DNA of 42,745 bases from Candidatus Bathyarchaeia archaeon. Its GTDB lineage: Archaea > Thermoproteota > Bathyarchaeia > RBG-16-48-13 > GCA-020355125. Positions 1 to 8,113 of the stretch are shown piece after piece. How positions within the stretch are numbered: the first letter of the stretch is position 1; every line of letters begins with the position of its first letter. The notes under the pieces are model-generated. The model did not search any database and was not told where the DNA came from. It worked only from the letters and a program-made list of their open reading frames with translations. The position numbers were made by a program, and so were the translations under genes. The stretch lies in contig JBGOZA010000002.1 in NCBI GenBank assembly GCA_041480025.1, positions 1 through 42,745 on the forward strand. The letters run 5' to 3'.

Positions 1-233
1 AGTGGAAATACTGTGACCCCTCTCTTTCCACTCCATAATAGGACTAATTACTCGAAGAAGGACCCGACAGTGAGATACGTGTCACCAATATGATGCAGCG
101 ATTGGTCAATAGAGCGCGTTTTTGCGCCCTGAAATGCTATGGAAGCCATTCACAAACCAACAGATTCACGCGTTCACCAGTTAATGTTTTAAAGTGTGAA
201 CAGTGAAATAGGGAAGCCCAAGAGAGCCCTCCG

Positions 234-641
234 ATGAAGAAGAAAGTCAAGATAGAAATTACCGATGTTCCTGGAGAGAAGGTAACCGTTACCCTAGAGG
301 GCTCCTTCAACCAAGACAAAGTCCGCAGACTAATGGACATCCTACAACTAATGGGAACACCCAACTCCACAGACACAGCACCAAAACCAGAAGACATATC
401 GAAGTTTGACAAAGTCGGAATGCTAGTTGAACGCAAGTTTCCAGCAGGATGGTTCACTTCACAGGATCTAATGGTCGCATACGAAGACCAATACGACGAA
501 CCCATAGGACTAAGCACCGTCTCGACATATCTGGCACGCCTCATTGATCGAGGAGCAGTCACCAAGACCGGAAGCCCAGCATCTAGACGCTACAAAATCA
601 GAAACATTCTATCCGAGAAGAGCGGAGAAGTGCTCAGGTAG
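234..641 (+). CDS. hypothetical protein with C-terminal winged-helix-like segment
   Basis: ATG-initiated 135-aa ORF. The C-terminal stretch FTSQDLMVAYEDQYDEPIGLSTVSTYLARLIDRGAVTKTG..RRYKI resembles an HTH plus wing. Preferred over the antisense ORF 137..565, which is low-complexity. No family recognised. Confidence 0.4.
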   Translation: MKKKVKIEITDVPGEKVTVTLEGSFNQDKVRRLMDILQLMGTPNSTDTAPKPEDISKFDKVGMLVERKFPAGWFTSQDLMVAYEDQYDEPIGLSTVSTYLARLIDRGAVTKTGSPASRRYKIRNILSEKSGEVLR

Positions 642-1329
642 AGGAATTCTCGAGATTGTGCAAGGCATCAGAAGCCCTATATGTGAAAGGTATTCTGTTA
701 GTTTCCCTCTCAACGTAACCCTGCTGCCACAACTTCTTCATAAGACGAGCAGTATGCTCACGCGTCTTGTCTATCTTAACCTCAATTTCCCTGGCGGTGC
801 GCGGTCCCTCGAGGAGCAGATAATCTAACACGGCCTTCTCAGTGGCAGTGACATAAGACGTGCTGGATCCCTGGTGTAAATCAGCGGTTCGCTGAATCGC
901 CTTCCCAACAGAAAGAGGCTGTAGCTGACTTGGCTTAGAAATATCCGCTACCAGTTTAGCCTGAGTCTGCTTAAGACCCTCAACATCCTTCTGGAGCCGC
1001 TCCACATCTCCAACGAGTTTATCATTAACACCTTTAGTGGTCTCCAGAGTCTCTATTCCCTTCTGAAGACTCTCATTCAAAGAGGCCATCTTCTCGGTTG
1101 CCTCACCTACACCTAAGGGAGTCTGAGATGTCTTCGCTTCTAATTTTCGTAGCTCTGCAGAAATTTCATCATACCTGTTCTTGAAGGTCAAAACAATTCT
1201 TTCAACAATGTCTTTTGCTTCATAGTATTCTTTTGAAACTCCCTTAAGTCTCGAATAGTAGACAACGATAAACACGAGCGTGGCAACCCACAGTGCGGAT
1301 GCCCCAAGGATCAAACCATATTCCTGCAC
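634..1329 (-). CDS. membrane-anchored coiled-coil protein with C-terminal MarR/TrmB-like winged helix
   Basis: GTG start preceded by GGAGG. N-terminal TM helix YGLILGASALWVATLVFIVVYY followed by basic residues. A long heptad-like E/K/L/Q-rich region follows. The C-terminus EKAVLDYLLLEGPRTAREIEVKIDKTREHTARLMKKLWQQGYVERE is a typical wHTH. It lies 19 nt downstream of the XRE-CBS gene on the same strand. Confidence 0.55.
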   Translation of the reverse strand: MQEYGLILGASALWVATLVFIVVYYSRLKGVSKEYYEAKDIVERIVLTFKNRYDEISAELRKLEAKTSQTPLGVGEATEKMASLNESLQKGIETLETTKGVNDKLVGDVERLQKDVEGLKQTQAKLVADISKPSQLQPLSVGKAIQRTADLHQGSSTSYVTATEKAVLDYLLLEGPRTAREIEVKIDKTREHTARLMKKLWQQGYVERETNRIPFTYRASDALHNLENSST

Positions 1330-1348
1330 CCTCTTATTCCTCCACTAA

Positions 1349-1921
1349 CTAAGCCCATTCTCCCGAAAGCACATCAATCTTCGTTATTATTCCCAACAGC
1401 TTCCCCCTCCCGACAACCAAGAGTGCAGGTTCACCTGAGACCAACAACTTGACTACGTCGGCAACTGAGTCCTCTGGGTCAACGGTTCTAAACGATTTCT
1501 CCATTATGTTGTAGACAGGGCTCGACATAATCTGCTCAGGACTGCTACTCCTCGCTATCTTTTCGAGGATAGTGGACTCATGCACATTCCCGATTATTCT
1601 GCCTTCCATCAAGACCGGTAACTGTGAGAACCCGGTTTTCTTCATCTTGTCGACGGCTGACCTAATGCTCTGATGTGCATCAATGCTCACAACTGGAGAA
1701 GACATAAGATCTCGAGCTGATCGAGCATTCTTTGCAGGAGTCAGTGCAGCAACAATCTTTCTAATGGTTGAAAGTCTCGGATCAACCGTTCCTCTCTCAA
1801 TCCTGGCGATGAGTGATTGGCTCACACCTGCTTTCTCAGCGGTCTCCTTCTGCGTGAGGCCGGCGGACCTTCTAAGCCTCTTTATCTCGTCAATTGAGAT
1901 AATAGTAGCCAGTGATATCAC
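1349..1921 (-). CDS. XRE-family HTH transcriptional regulator with C-terminal CBS-domain pair (COG3620-like)
   Basis: The N-terminus IKRLRRSAGLTQKETAEKAGVSQSLIARIERG is a canonical HTH_3. The remainder has two CBS-like repeats (VVSIDAHQSIRSAVDKMKKTGFSQLPV and RTVDPEDSVADVVKLL..EPALLVV..GKLLGIITKIDVL). The GTG start lies inside a GTGATATCAC palindrome. Confidence 0.8.
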   Translation of the reverse strand: MISLATIISIDEIKRLRRSAGLTQKETAEKAGVSQSLIARIERGTVDPRLSTIRKIVAALTPAKNARSARDLMSSPVVSIDAHQSIRSAVDKMKKTGFSQLPVLMEGRIIGNVHESTILEKIARSSSPEQIMSSPVYNIMEKSFRTVDPEDSVADVVKLLVSGEPALLVVGRGKLLGIITKIDVLSGEWA

Positions 1922-2220
1922 ACCTCACAAGACAATTGAAGATTCTCTCGCGTGATATCACATAAGTCTTTCGGAATATCACAAAGAAAAAGTATCACGC
2001 GTGAGTTTTGATAATCACATGTGATGTCTTGAGCACATTCTTCTTGTGATCTGTTGTATATCTAGTCCACCCGTCTTCTGGTTTTAGGGCGTGCCAGCTG
2101 GTCCATGATCTATCTGCTAGTCATAGCTGTGTTTGCTTGATTGAAATGGATGCTTGCCATACAAGGCCACCTTCTTTCTGTGATATCACAGGATGTCACA
2201 CACAGGATGCGTGATATCAT
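1912..2220. promoter_or_regulatory. array of TGATATCA-core palindromes and related inverted repeats (candidate operators)
   Basis: TGATATCA occurs at 1913-1920, 1953-1960, 2181-2188 and 2212-2219. TGTGATATCACA at 2179-2190 is a perfect 12-mer. TCACGCGTGA is at 1995-2004 and ATCACATGTGAT at 2014-2025. The direct repeat CACAGGATG is at 2187-2195 and 2201-2209. All lie in the 295-bp spacer upstream of the XRE-CBS gene. Confidence 0.5.
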
Positions 2221-2714
2221 GTTTGAGCGTTGTCTCCTACTAGCAGGTCGTAGAGCTCTCTTCTCAGTATGTTTTCAATAATAGCCTCGTTTTCAACTCT
2301 TTCCCTTCCCTTTGATGAGGGTTTTGGGCTTGTTTGTCTTGAACGGACTGAATTTATGTAGTCTTGAAGCTTTTCGGACGCTTCGCTGAGCGTAGAGATT
2401 CTAACGTCCGCTAAAATTCCTAGATATCCCATAAGGAGTATGGAATAGAGTGTTTTTTCCAGCTTCTTTCTACTCTGCTGGAGCACACGGTTGTATGCTC
2501 CTCTAGACCTGCCTTTAGATACTCTCCTTGCTTTGGCCTTTTTCTCTTGTGTGACTCTTTGGTCGACGGATTCCCCGATCATGTGGTCTATAAGTAGTGT
2601 TTCGAGCTGGATTTCGGTAAAGAAGGATTTTTTTAGGAGTATTTCGCATAACGGCTCCTGGAGAAAGCTTTTTATGCCTTTCTGGGCGTTTTCTATTTCT
2701 TCGGCGGTAGACAT
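2217..2714 (-). CDS. hypothetical protein, possible Tfx/sigma-70 region-4-like HTH
   Basis: ATG-initiated 165-aa ORF. The segment FTEIQLETLLIDHMIGES...RVSKGRSRGAYNRVLQQSRKKLEKTL loosely resembles LuxR/Tfx-type HTH proteins. No confident family assignment. Confidence 0.4.
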   Translation of the reverse strand: MSTAEEIENAQKGIKSFLQEPLCEILLKKSFFTEIQLETLLIDHMIGESVDQRVTQEKKAKARRVSKGRSRGAYNRVLQQSRKKLEKTLYSILLMGYLGILADVRISTLSEASEKLQDYINSVRSRQTSPKPSSKGRERVENEAIIENILRRELYDLLVGDNAQT

Positions 2715-2921
2715 TTCTTAGGGCTCCAAATATGAATACAGTTTTGTATGCAACCCTGTTAAAGCTTCGTATAAACGAGTAGTGATCCCGTCTAAAAGTT
2801 AGATTGTTGCGATAAATAGAATAGACTCTCGGGGGCTGCCTTTCTATTTGTTTAGCCTGTGGAACCCGCGTAAAGCAAATAGGATAGGACTCATAATGAC
2901 GTCAATGTTCAGGTCGGAAAG

Positions 2922-3167
2922 TTGGGAAGAAGGAGAAAACGAATCATAAAACCCCTCAAAAAGGGACTACCGAAGATCTTTTCCTGTCCGAAATGCGGAG
3001 AGACCTCTGTGAGGGTCGTGATATCTCGTGATAGTCACGTTGCATCTGTGATATGTGGAAATGCGAAGTGTTCCATGTCCAGCGAAATTCCTGTGTCTAG
3101 TTTTGAACAGGCTGTAGATGCTTACTGCAAATTCGCTGATTTTTATCATTCGGGGAAGCTAGTTTGA
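2922..3167 (+). CDS. elf1: transcription elongation factor Elf1 homologue (zinc ribbon)
   Basis: TTG start. A basic N-terminus MGRRRKRIIKPLKKGLPKIFSCPKCGE is followed by a second Cys pair (ICGNAKC) and AVDAYCKF. This is the Elf1/DUF701 pattern. Confidence 0.75.
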   Translation: MGRRRKRIIKPLKKGLPKIFSCPKCGETSVRVVISRDSHVASVICGNAKCSMSSEIPVSSFEQAVDAYCKFADFYHSGKLV

Positions 3168-3922
3168 GTGTTCCGGGAAAGATCGAAAAGCTTCTTCTCG
3201 ACAAAATCAAACAGGAACACACAATCCACCTAGCTCTTATAGACCCAGAAGAGGTTACTCAAAGTGAAGCTGCCAAAATAGCAGAAGAACTAGCCAACAT
3301 AGGAAGTGCCGGAGTCATGGTCGGAGGCTCCACTCTGGCTTCAACTCCTCAACTGGACGAGGTTCTAACTTCAATCAAAAGTAAGATGAGTCTTCCCGTG
3401 ATTCTATTTCCAAACAGTATCACGTCAATCAGTAGGCACGCAGACGCCATGTTTTTCATGTCACTCCTAAACTCGAATAGTCCCATGTTCATTACAGGCT
3501 TTCAGGCCCTAGGGGCTCCGATAGTGAAGAGATACAATCTCGAAGCAATACCCCTTGGATACATCATTGTAGGTGAGGGTAGCACAGCGGCATACGTTGG
3601 GCAAGCGCACGCGATACCGTTGAAGAAGCCTGAGGTCGCAGTATTATATGCTCTTGCTGCTCAATACATGGGCATGCGTTTTGTCTATCTAGAGGCTGGT
3701 TCGGGTGCGGAGCAACCAGTTCCTCCCGAGATGATTCACCTAGTTGTCTCAACGGTTAGTATTCCGGTAATAGTAGGCGGCGGGATTAGAACACCAGAGC
3801 AGGCAGCAACAGCGGCGAAGGCAGGGGCTTCAATAATCGTGACAGGAACAATAGGAGAGGAAGATCGTTCGGGAAAATCAGTCCGAAGTATCATCGAAAG
3901 TATCAGAGCTTCAAAATCTTGA
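3164..3922 (+). CDS. geranylgeranylglyceryl phosphate synthase (PcrB/GGGPS family)
   Basis: IHLALIDPEE, GVMVGGST, ILFPNS, VYLEAGSGA and IVGGGIRTPEQA are typical GGGPS motifs. Overlaps the elf1 stop by 4 nt. Confidence 0.85.
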   Translation: MSVPGKIEKLLLDKIKQEHTIHLALIDPEEVTQSEAAKIAEELANIGSAGVMVGGSTLASTPQLDEVLTSIKSKMSLPVILFPNSITSISRHADAMFFMSLLNSNSPMFITGFQALGAPIVKRYNLEAIPLGYIIVGEGSTAAYVGQAHAIPLKKPEVAVLYALAAQYMGMRFVYLEAGSGAEQPVPPEMIHLVVSTVSIPVIVGGGIRTPEQAATAAKAGASIIVTGTIGEEDRSGKSVRSIIESIRASKS

Positions 3923-4012
3923 TTGATACCTCATGAACTTTTTCCTGTACCTCGTCGGCTTTCTTGGAGACAACTCCTTTATCCTTCGACTCTGAATTCA
4001 CTCTCGAGCAGT

Positions 4013-7000
4013 TTGAAATTAGCCGCAACAGAATGTTACTCCGACTATCTTGCCTCACTTGAAAAGGACCTAATCTCACTCTACGAGATCGCAACATTAG
4101 CAAGATCAAAAGGACTTGATCCCACCAACAAACCTGAACCTTACGTTGCTAGAGACTTGGCCGAGATGGTTGAAGGTCTTGTCGGCCCTAAAGGAATAGC
4201 CAGCAATGTCAGGACGCTAGTTGAAGCCAAGATAGACAAATATGAAATGGCATTCATCCTTGCCTCAGACATAGTCCACGCAAAATACGGCCACACTGAC
4301 CCTGAACAAGCTGCTGAACAAGCGATTAGAACAGGCCTCGCAGTAATGACCGGCGGCATAACCGCTGCTCCGGTACAAGGAATAGCTCACGTTCGAATAA
4401 AGGAGAACTTTGACCGCACGCATTATTTGGCAGTTTACTTTGCTGGCCCAATACGTTCTGCAGGAGGTACCGAGCAGGCGCTTATTCTGGTACTAGCAGA
4501 CTACGTAAGGAAGATACTAGGTCTTGAGCCATACAAGGCAAGCGAGGAAGAAGTCAGAAGATTTGTCGAAGAACTCAGGCTTTATGAACGCGAGGTATCT
4601 CGATTTCAGTTTCACATTTCCGATGACAATCTGATACTAGCCCTTCATAATCTGCCAGTCGAAGCAACTGGTACTGAAACCGATCGCGTCGAAGTTTCTT
4701 CGTATAGGAATCTACCACGGATTGAGACAAACGCTGTTAGAGCTGGAGGACTCAGAGTTGTGAACGACGGTATTGTCGGGCGTTCACAGAAGGTCATGAG
4801 GATCGTAGAAGCTCAACACATAGAGGGCTGGAACTGGCTCAACGATTTGAAACAGGAAAAACAAGATGAGAAAAGTGTTGAGCCTGCGTATATGGAAGAC
4901 ATTATTGCAGGCAGACCAATCTTCGCCTTTCCTTCAAGGGCAGGAGGATTCCGTTTACGCTACGGTCGAGCTCGAAACACAGGACTAGCAGCCCTTGGAG
5001 TACATCCAGCCACGATGGGTGTGCTAGACGGTTTTATCGCAACTGGCACGCAGATGAGGATAGAAGGACCTGGAAAAGGATGCGTAGTATCACCAGTCGA
5101 TACTATAGAACCTCCGATTGTGAAACTCAAAGATGGTTCTGTTAAACGGATAAAGACATTCCAACAGGCCATACAGACCAAAGAACAAGTCTCAGAGATT
5201 CTGTTCCTAGGAGACTTACTCGTACCCTTTGGCGAATTCCTTGAAAACAACAAGGCACTATCTCCCTCTGGATATGTAGAAGAGTGGTGGAGTCAGGAAG
5301 TACGAGCCAAGATTGCGGTCCGTTTTGAAGGAGTCTTTGAAAGCGCAGCCATGCAAGCTGGAATAGAGCCGGATCGTTTTGCATTGCTGGTCAACAACCC
5401 TTTGCACTACAGCCCAAACGCCTATGAAGCACTTGCATTTTCTCAGAAGCTCGGTGTTCCCCTTCACCCTTTGTTCACCTATTTCTGGAGAAATCTGGAC
5501 TATGATAATCTACTCCTCCTCCAAAAGGCATTTGTCGGTAGCGAAATCTTCAACGCCGAATCCGGGAAATGCAACATTAGAATTTCGTACAGTAGCGAGA
5601 TCAAGCGAATCCTCGATTTGATCTGTGTCCCTCACAGTATTGACAGCAACTACATATGCTTCGAAGAAGACGGCCTGATTCTTAGGACACTACTTAGAGT
5701 TGAAGAGCCAACTGCTGAATTGGCTCAGCACAAATCTGCCTTGGAAACATTATCAATATTCTCAGGATTGACTGTGAAAGAAAAGGCTCCGACCTTTGTG
5801 GGAGCTAGGATGGGTAGACCAGAGAAAGCAAAAAGACGGGAGATGTCGCCCCTAACTCACAGTCTCTTCCCTGTTGGTCTAGCTGGAGGTGTGCAAAGAA
5901 ACATCGTTGTTGCAGCAGGTAAAGAGGATATTCGGGTAGAGGTTACTAGGCGCAAATGCGCTGTATGCGGAGAAATAGCGTACCAATCTAACTGTCCCAA
6001 ATGTGGCAATCCTACAGTTGAGGAACATGTCTGCACTCGCTGTCACAGATCTGTACCTGGTGAATCATGTCCCGCCTGCAATGCGCCAGCTGTACCCTTT
6101 GAAACTAGAAGCATTAGAATAGGAGAACTATTCAGGGGCGCTCTAAAGACTCTTGATATTGACCATATCGAGACTGTGAAGGGAGTGCGAGGACTACTAA
6201 GTGCGTCAAGGACTCCTGAACTCCTTGAAAAAGGAATTCTTCGAGCAAAATACGACCTCTCAGTATTCAAAGACGGAACAATTCGGTTCGACGCCACCAA
6301 CGCTCCTCTAACCCACTTCAAACCAAGCGAAATCGGCGTTTCTGTTGACACTCTTAGAAGACTCGGATACATTCACGACACACAAGGCTCTTTGTTGAAC
6401 TCAGAGAATCAGATATGTGAACTGAAGGCTCAGGACGTTATAGTTCCAAACGCAGCTGCGGCCTACCTAGTCAGAGAGTGCAGATTCATTGATGACCTTC
6501 TTGCGCGAGTATACAAGTTACCCCGATACTACAATGTTGGAAAACCGACAGATCTTATTGGGCATCTAATACTTGGATTTGCCCCGCACACATCAGGGGC
6601 TGCGCTTGGGAGAATAATAGGATTCTGCCAACCTAGCGTTTGCTATGCGCATCCTCTTTGGCACAACGTAAAGCGAAGGGATTGTGATGGAGATGAAGAC
6701 GCTATCATGATGGTTCTTGATGTTCTACTCAATTTCTCTAGGACCTATCTGCCTGGCCAAATTGGAAGCCTAATGGATGCTCCTCTCCTTCTTATCTCTG
6801 CGGTAGACCCATACGAGGTTGATGAAGCGCAGAACTTGGATGTTTCATCATTCTATCCCATTGCATTTTATGAAAAGACTCTTCAGCATGCTGATCCCAA
6901 AGTTGTTGGGAAAATTCTTGATATAGTTGAGCATAGACTGGGAAGGCCAGAGCAATTCGAAGGCTATTCCTTCACCCATGATGTCTCTGATATCAACGGC

Positions 7001-7447
7001 GGTAACCTGAGGAGTTCTTACACAAGTTTGGGGGTGATGTCTGAGAAACTCAGAGGGCAACTCGAGCTTGCTGAGAAGATTCAAGCCGTTGATGCAGATG
7101 ACGTGGCTAGGAGGGTGTTGTCAACCCATCTCTTACGAGATATTGCAGGTAATCTGAAGGCATTTACTGGACAAAGGCTTCGTTGTAAGAAATGTAACAC
7201 GAAATATCGAAGAATCCCTCTGTCAGGAAAATGCGATCGGTGTGGTGGAGAACTGACTATGACGGTTTACAAGAAAGGAATAGAAAAGTACCTAGGAGTT
7301 GCTGAACAAGTAGTAGAAAAATACAAACTGGACCCCTACTATGCCCAAAGGCTTGAGTTGATTCGGAGCGAGATAGCGTTCCTATTCAAAGAAGAGCCAT
7401 TGACCGCCAAACAAGGTAAACAAATCAAACTAGCAGACTTTACGTGA
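4013..7447 (+). CDS. polC: DNA polymerase II (PolD) large subunit DP2
   Basis: N-terminus YEIATLARSKGLDP. Catalytic KRRDCDGDEDAIMM. Cys-rich Zn modules CAVCGE..CPKCG..CTRC..CPAC and C-terminal CKKCNTKYRRIPLSGKCDRCGG. No intein-sized insertion. The start is uncertain: an in-frame TTG at 4013 fits DP2 N-termini, while the ORF track extends to 3923. Confidence 0.9.
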   Translation: MKLAATECYSDYLASLEKDLISLYEIATLARSKGLDPTNKPEPYVARDLAEMVEGLVGPKGIASNVRTLVEAKIDKYEMAFILASDIVHAKYGHTDPEQAAEQAIRTGLAVMTGGITAAPVQGIAHVRIKENFDRTHYLAVYFAGPIRSAGGTEQALILVLADYVRKILGLEPYKASEEEVRRFVEELRLYEREVSRFQFHISDDNLILALHNLPVEATGTETDRVEVSSYRNLPRIETNAVRAGGLRVVNDGIVGRSQKVMRIVEAQHIEGWNWLNDLKQEKQDEKSVEPAYMEDIIAGRPIFAFPSRAGGFRLRYGRARNTGLAALGVHPATMGVLDGFIATGTQMRIEGPGKGCVVSPVDTIEPPIVKLKDGSVKRIKTFQQAIQTKEQVSEILFLGDLLVPFGEFLENNKALSPSGYVEEWWSQEVRAKIAVRFEGVFESAAMQAGIEPDRFALLVNNPLHYSPNAYEALAFSQKLGVPLHPLFTYFWRNLDYDNLLLLQKAFVGSEIFNAESGKCNIRISYSSEIKRILDLICVPHSIDSNYICFEEDGLILRTLLRVEEPTAELAQHKSALETLSIFSGLTVKEKAPTFVGARMGRPEKAKRREMSPLTHSLFPVGLAGGVQRNIVVAAGKEDIRVEVTRRKCAVCGEIAYQSNCPKCGNPTVEEHVCTRCHRSVPGESCPACNAPAVPFETRSIRIGELFRGALKTLDIDHIETVKGVRGLLSASRTPELLEKGILRAKYDLSVFKDGTIRFDATNAPLTHFKPSEIGVSVDTLRRLGYIHDTQGSLLNSENQICELKAQDVIVPNAAAAYLVRECRFIDDLLARVYKLPRYYNVGKPTDLIGHLILGFAPHTSGAALGRIIGFCQPSVCYAHPLWHNVKRRDCDGDEDAIMMVLDVLLNFSRTYLPGQIGSLMDAPLLLISAVDPYEVDEAQNLDVSSFYPIAFYEKTLQHADPKVVGKILDIVEHRLGRPEQFEGYSFTHDVSDINGGNLRSSYTSLGVMSEKLRGQLELAEKIQAVDADDVARRVLSTHLLRDIAGNLKAFTGQRLRCKKCNTKYRRIPLSGKCDRCGGELTMTVYKKGIEKYLGVAEQVVEKYKLDPYYAQRLELIRSEIAFLFKEEPLTAKQGKQIKLADFT

Positions 7448-7562
7448 GTTACTGCAGCTCAAAACTATCTGAGTCCAAGTAGTCTAGTGCCATCATACCT
7501 CAACGGAGGGCACAGTTAGCTTATTATTTCAAGAACAGTCAGATTGTAAATGTGAACTGTCA

Positions 7563-7886
7563 ATGGACACAATCACGTATGAGGAATTCAAGAAACTCGA
7601 CATGAGAGTCGTCTTGGTGACAAAAGCCGAGCGAATTCTTGGCAGGTCTAGAATTCTTAAGATGGAACTTGATATTGGTGGCGAAACCCGAACAATAATA
7701 GCGGGAGGGGCTCAGTTCTATGAGCCAGAATACTTCGTCGGAAAGAAATTCATAGGATTGGTGAATCTGGCATCAAGGAATGTGGCCGGCATAGAGTCGC
7801 AAGGCATGATTCTTGCCACTGAAACCGAGAAACCTCTTTGGCTGTCCGTGGACCAAGAAGCACCAGTGGGATCAAGGATTCTATAG
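7563..7886 (+). CDS. tRNA-binding domain protein (Trbp111/CsaA/EMAP-like)
   Basis: EFKKLDMRVVLVTKAERI...LKMELDIGGETRTIIAG...VNLASRNVAGIESQGMILA is the OB-fold tRNA-binding domain pattern. Confidence 0.75.
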   Translation: MDTITYEEFKKLDMRVVLVTKAERILGRSRILKMELDIGGETRTIIAGGAQFYEPEYFVGKKFIGLVNLASRNVAGIESQGMILATETEKPLWLSVDQEAPVGSRIL

Positions 7887-7928
7887 AAAAACATAAACCA
7901 CCGATTTCCTTCCTAGGAGTGGATTCAG

Positions 7929-8111
7929 TTGAGCAGAAACAAGAGACGAAATGATGAAGCTCCTATGCCTGCGTCTGGAGCTGGTCTTCCCGCTTTTCTA
8001 GGAGAGAGAACCAACTCACAGGTGAAAGTCAGACCAGAACTAGTTGTTGGGCTAACAGTGGCTTTGATAGTAGCAGTGATAGTTGCCAATGCAATAATCG
8101 GCTCAATCTGA
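7929..8111 (+). CDS. secG: preprotein translocase subunit Sec61-beta (SecG)
   Basis: 60-aa tail-anchored protein. A basic N-terminus and SGAGLPAFLGE...KVRPELVV are followed by a single C-terminal TM (GLTVALIVAVIVANAII). TTG start. Confidence 0.65.
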   Translation: MSRNKRRNDEAPMPASGAGLPAFLGERTNSQVKVRPELVVGLTVALIVAVIVANAIIGSI

Positions 8112-8113
8112 TT

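Noticed and set aside
1-32. Inverted AGTGGAAA / TTTCCACT pair at the window edge, reminiscent of the archaeal mini-ORB origin core (..CCAGTGGAAA..).
   Set aside because: It is truncated by the window edge. There is no orc1/cdc6 gene, no flanking AT-rich unwinding element and no further ORB copies. Three occurrences of the 8-mer in the window (one in the rubredoxin gene) is near chance.
3018-3055. Three GTGATA(T) copies inside elf1 that resemble the upstream palindrome motif.
   Set aside because: They fall on repeated Val-Ile codons (VVIS, VIC) in a conserved zinc-ribbon region and are not full palindromes. They are probably a coding coincidence. I mention them only because the operator array is about 800 bp away.
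3923-4012. N-terminal extension of the DP2 ORF (MIPHELFPVPRRLSWRQLLYPSTLNSLSSS).
   Set aside because: It has no similarity to DP2 N-termini, which begin near the Y..IA..AR.KG.DP motif. The in-frame TTG at 4013 fits better. The true start remains uncertain.
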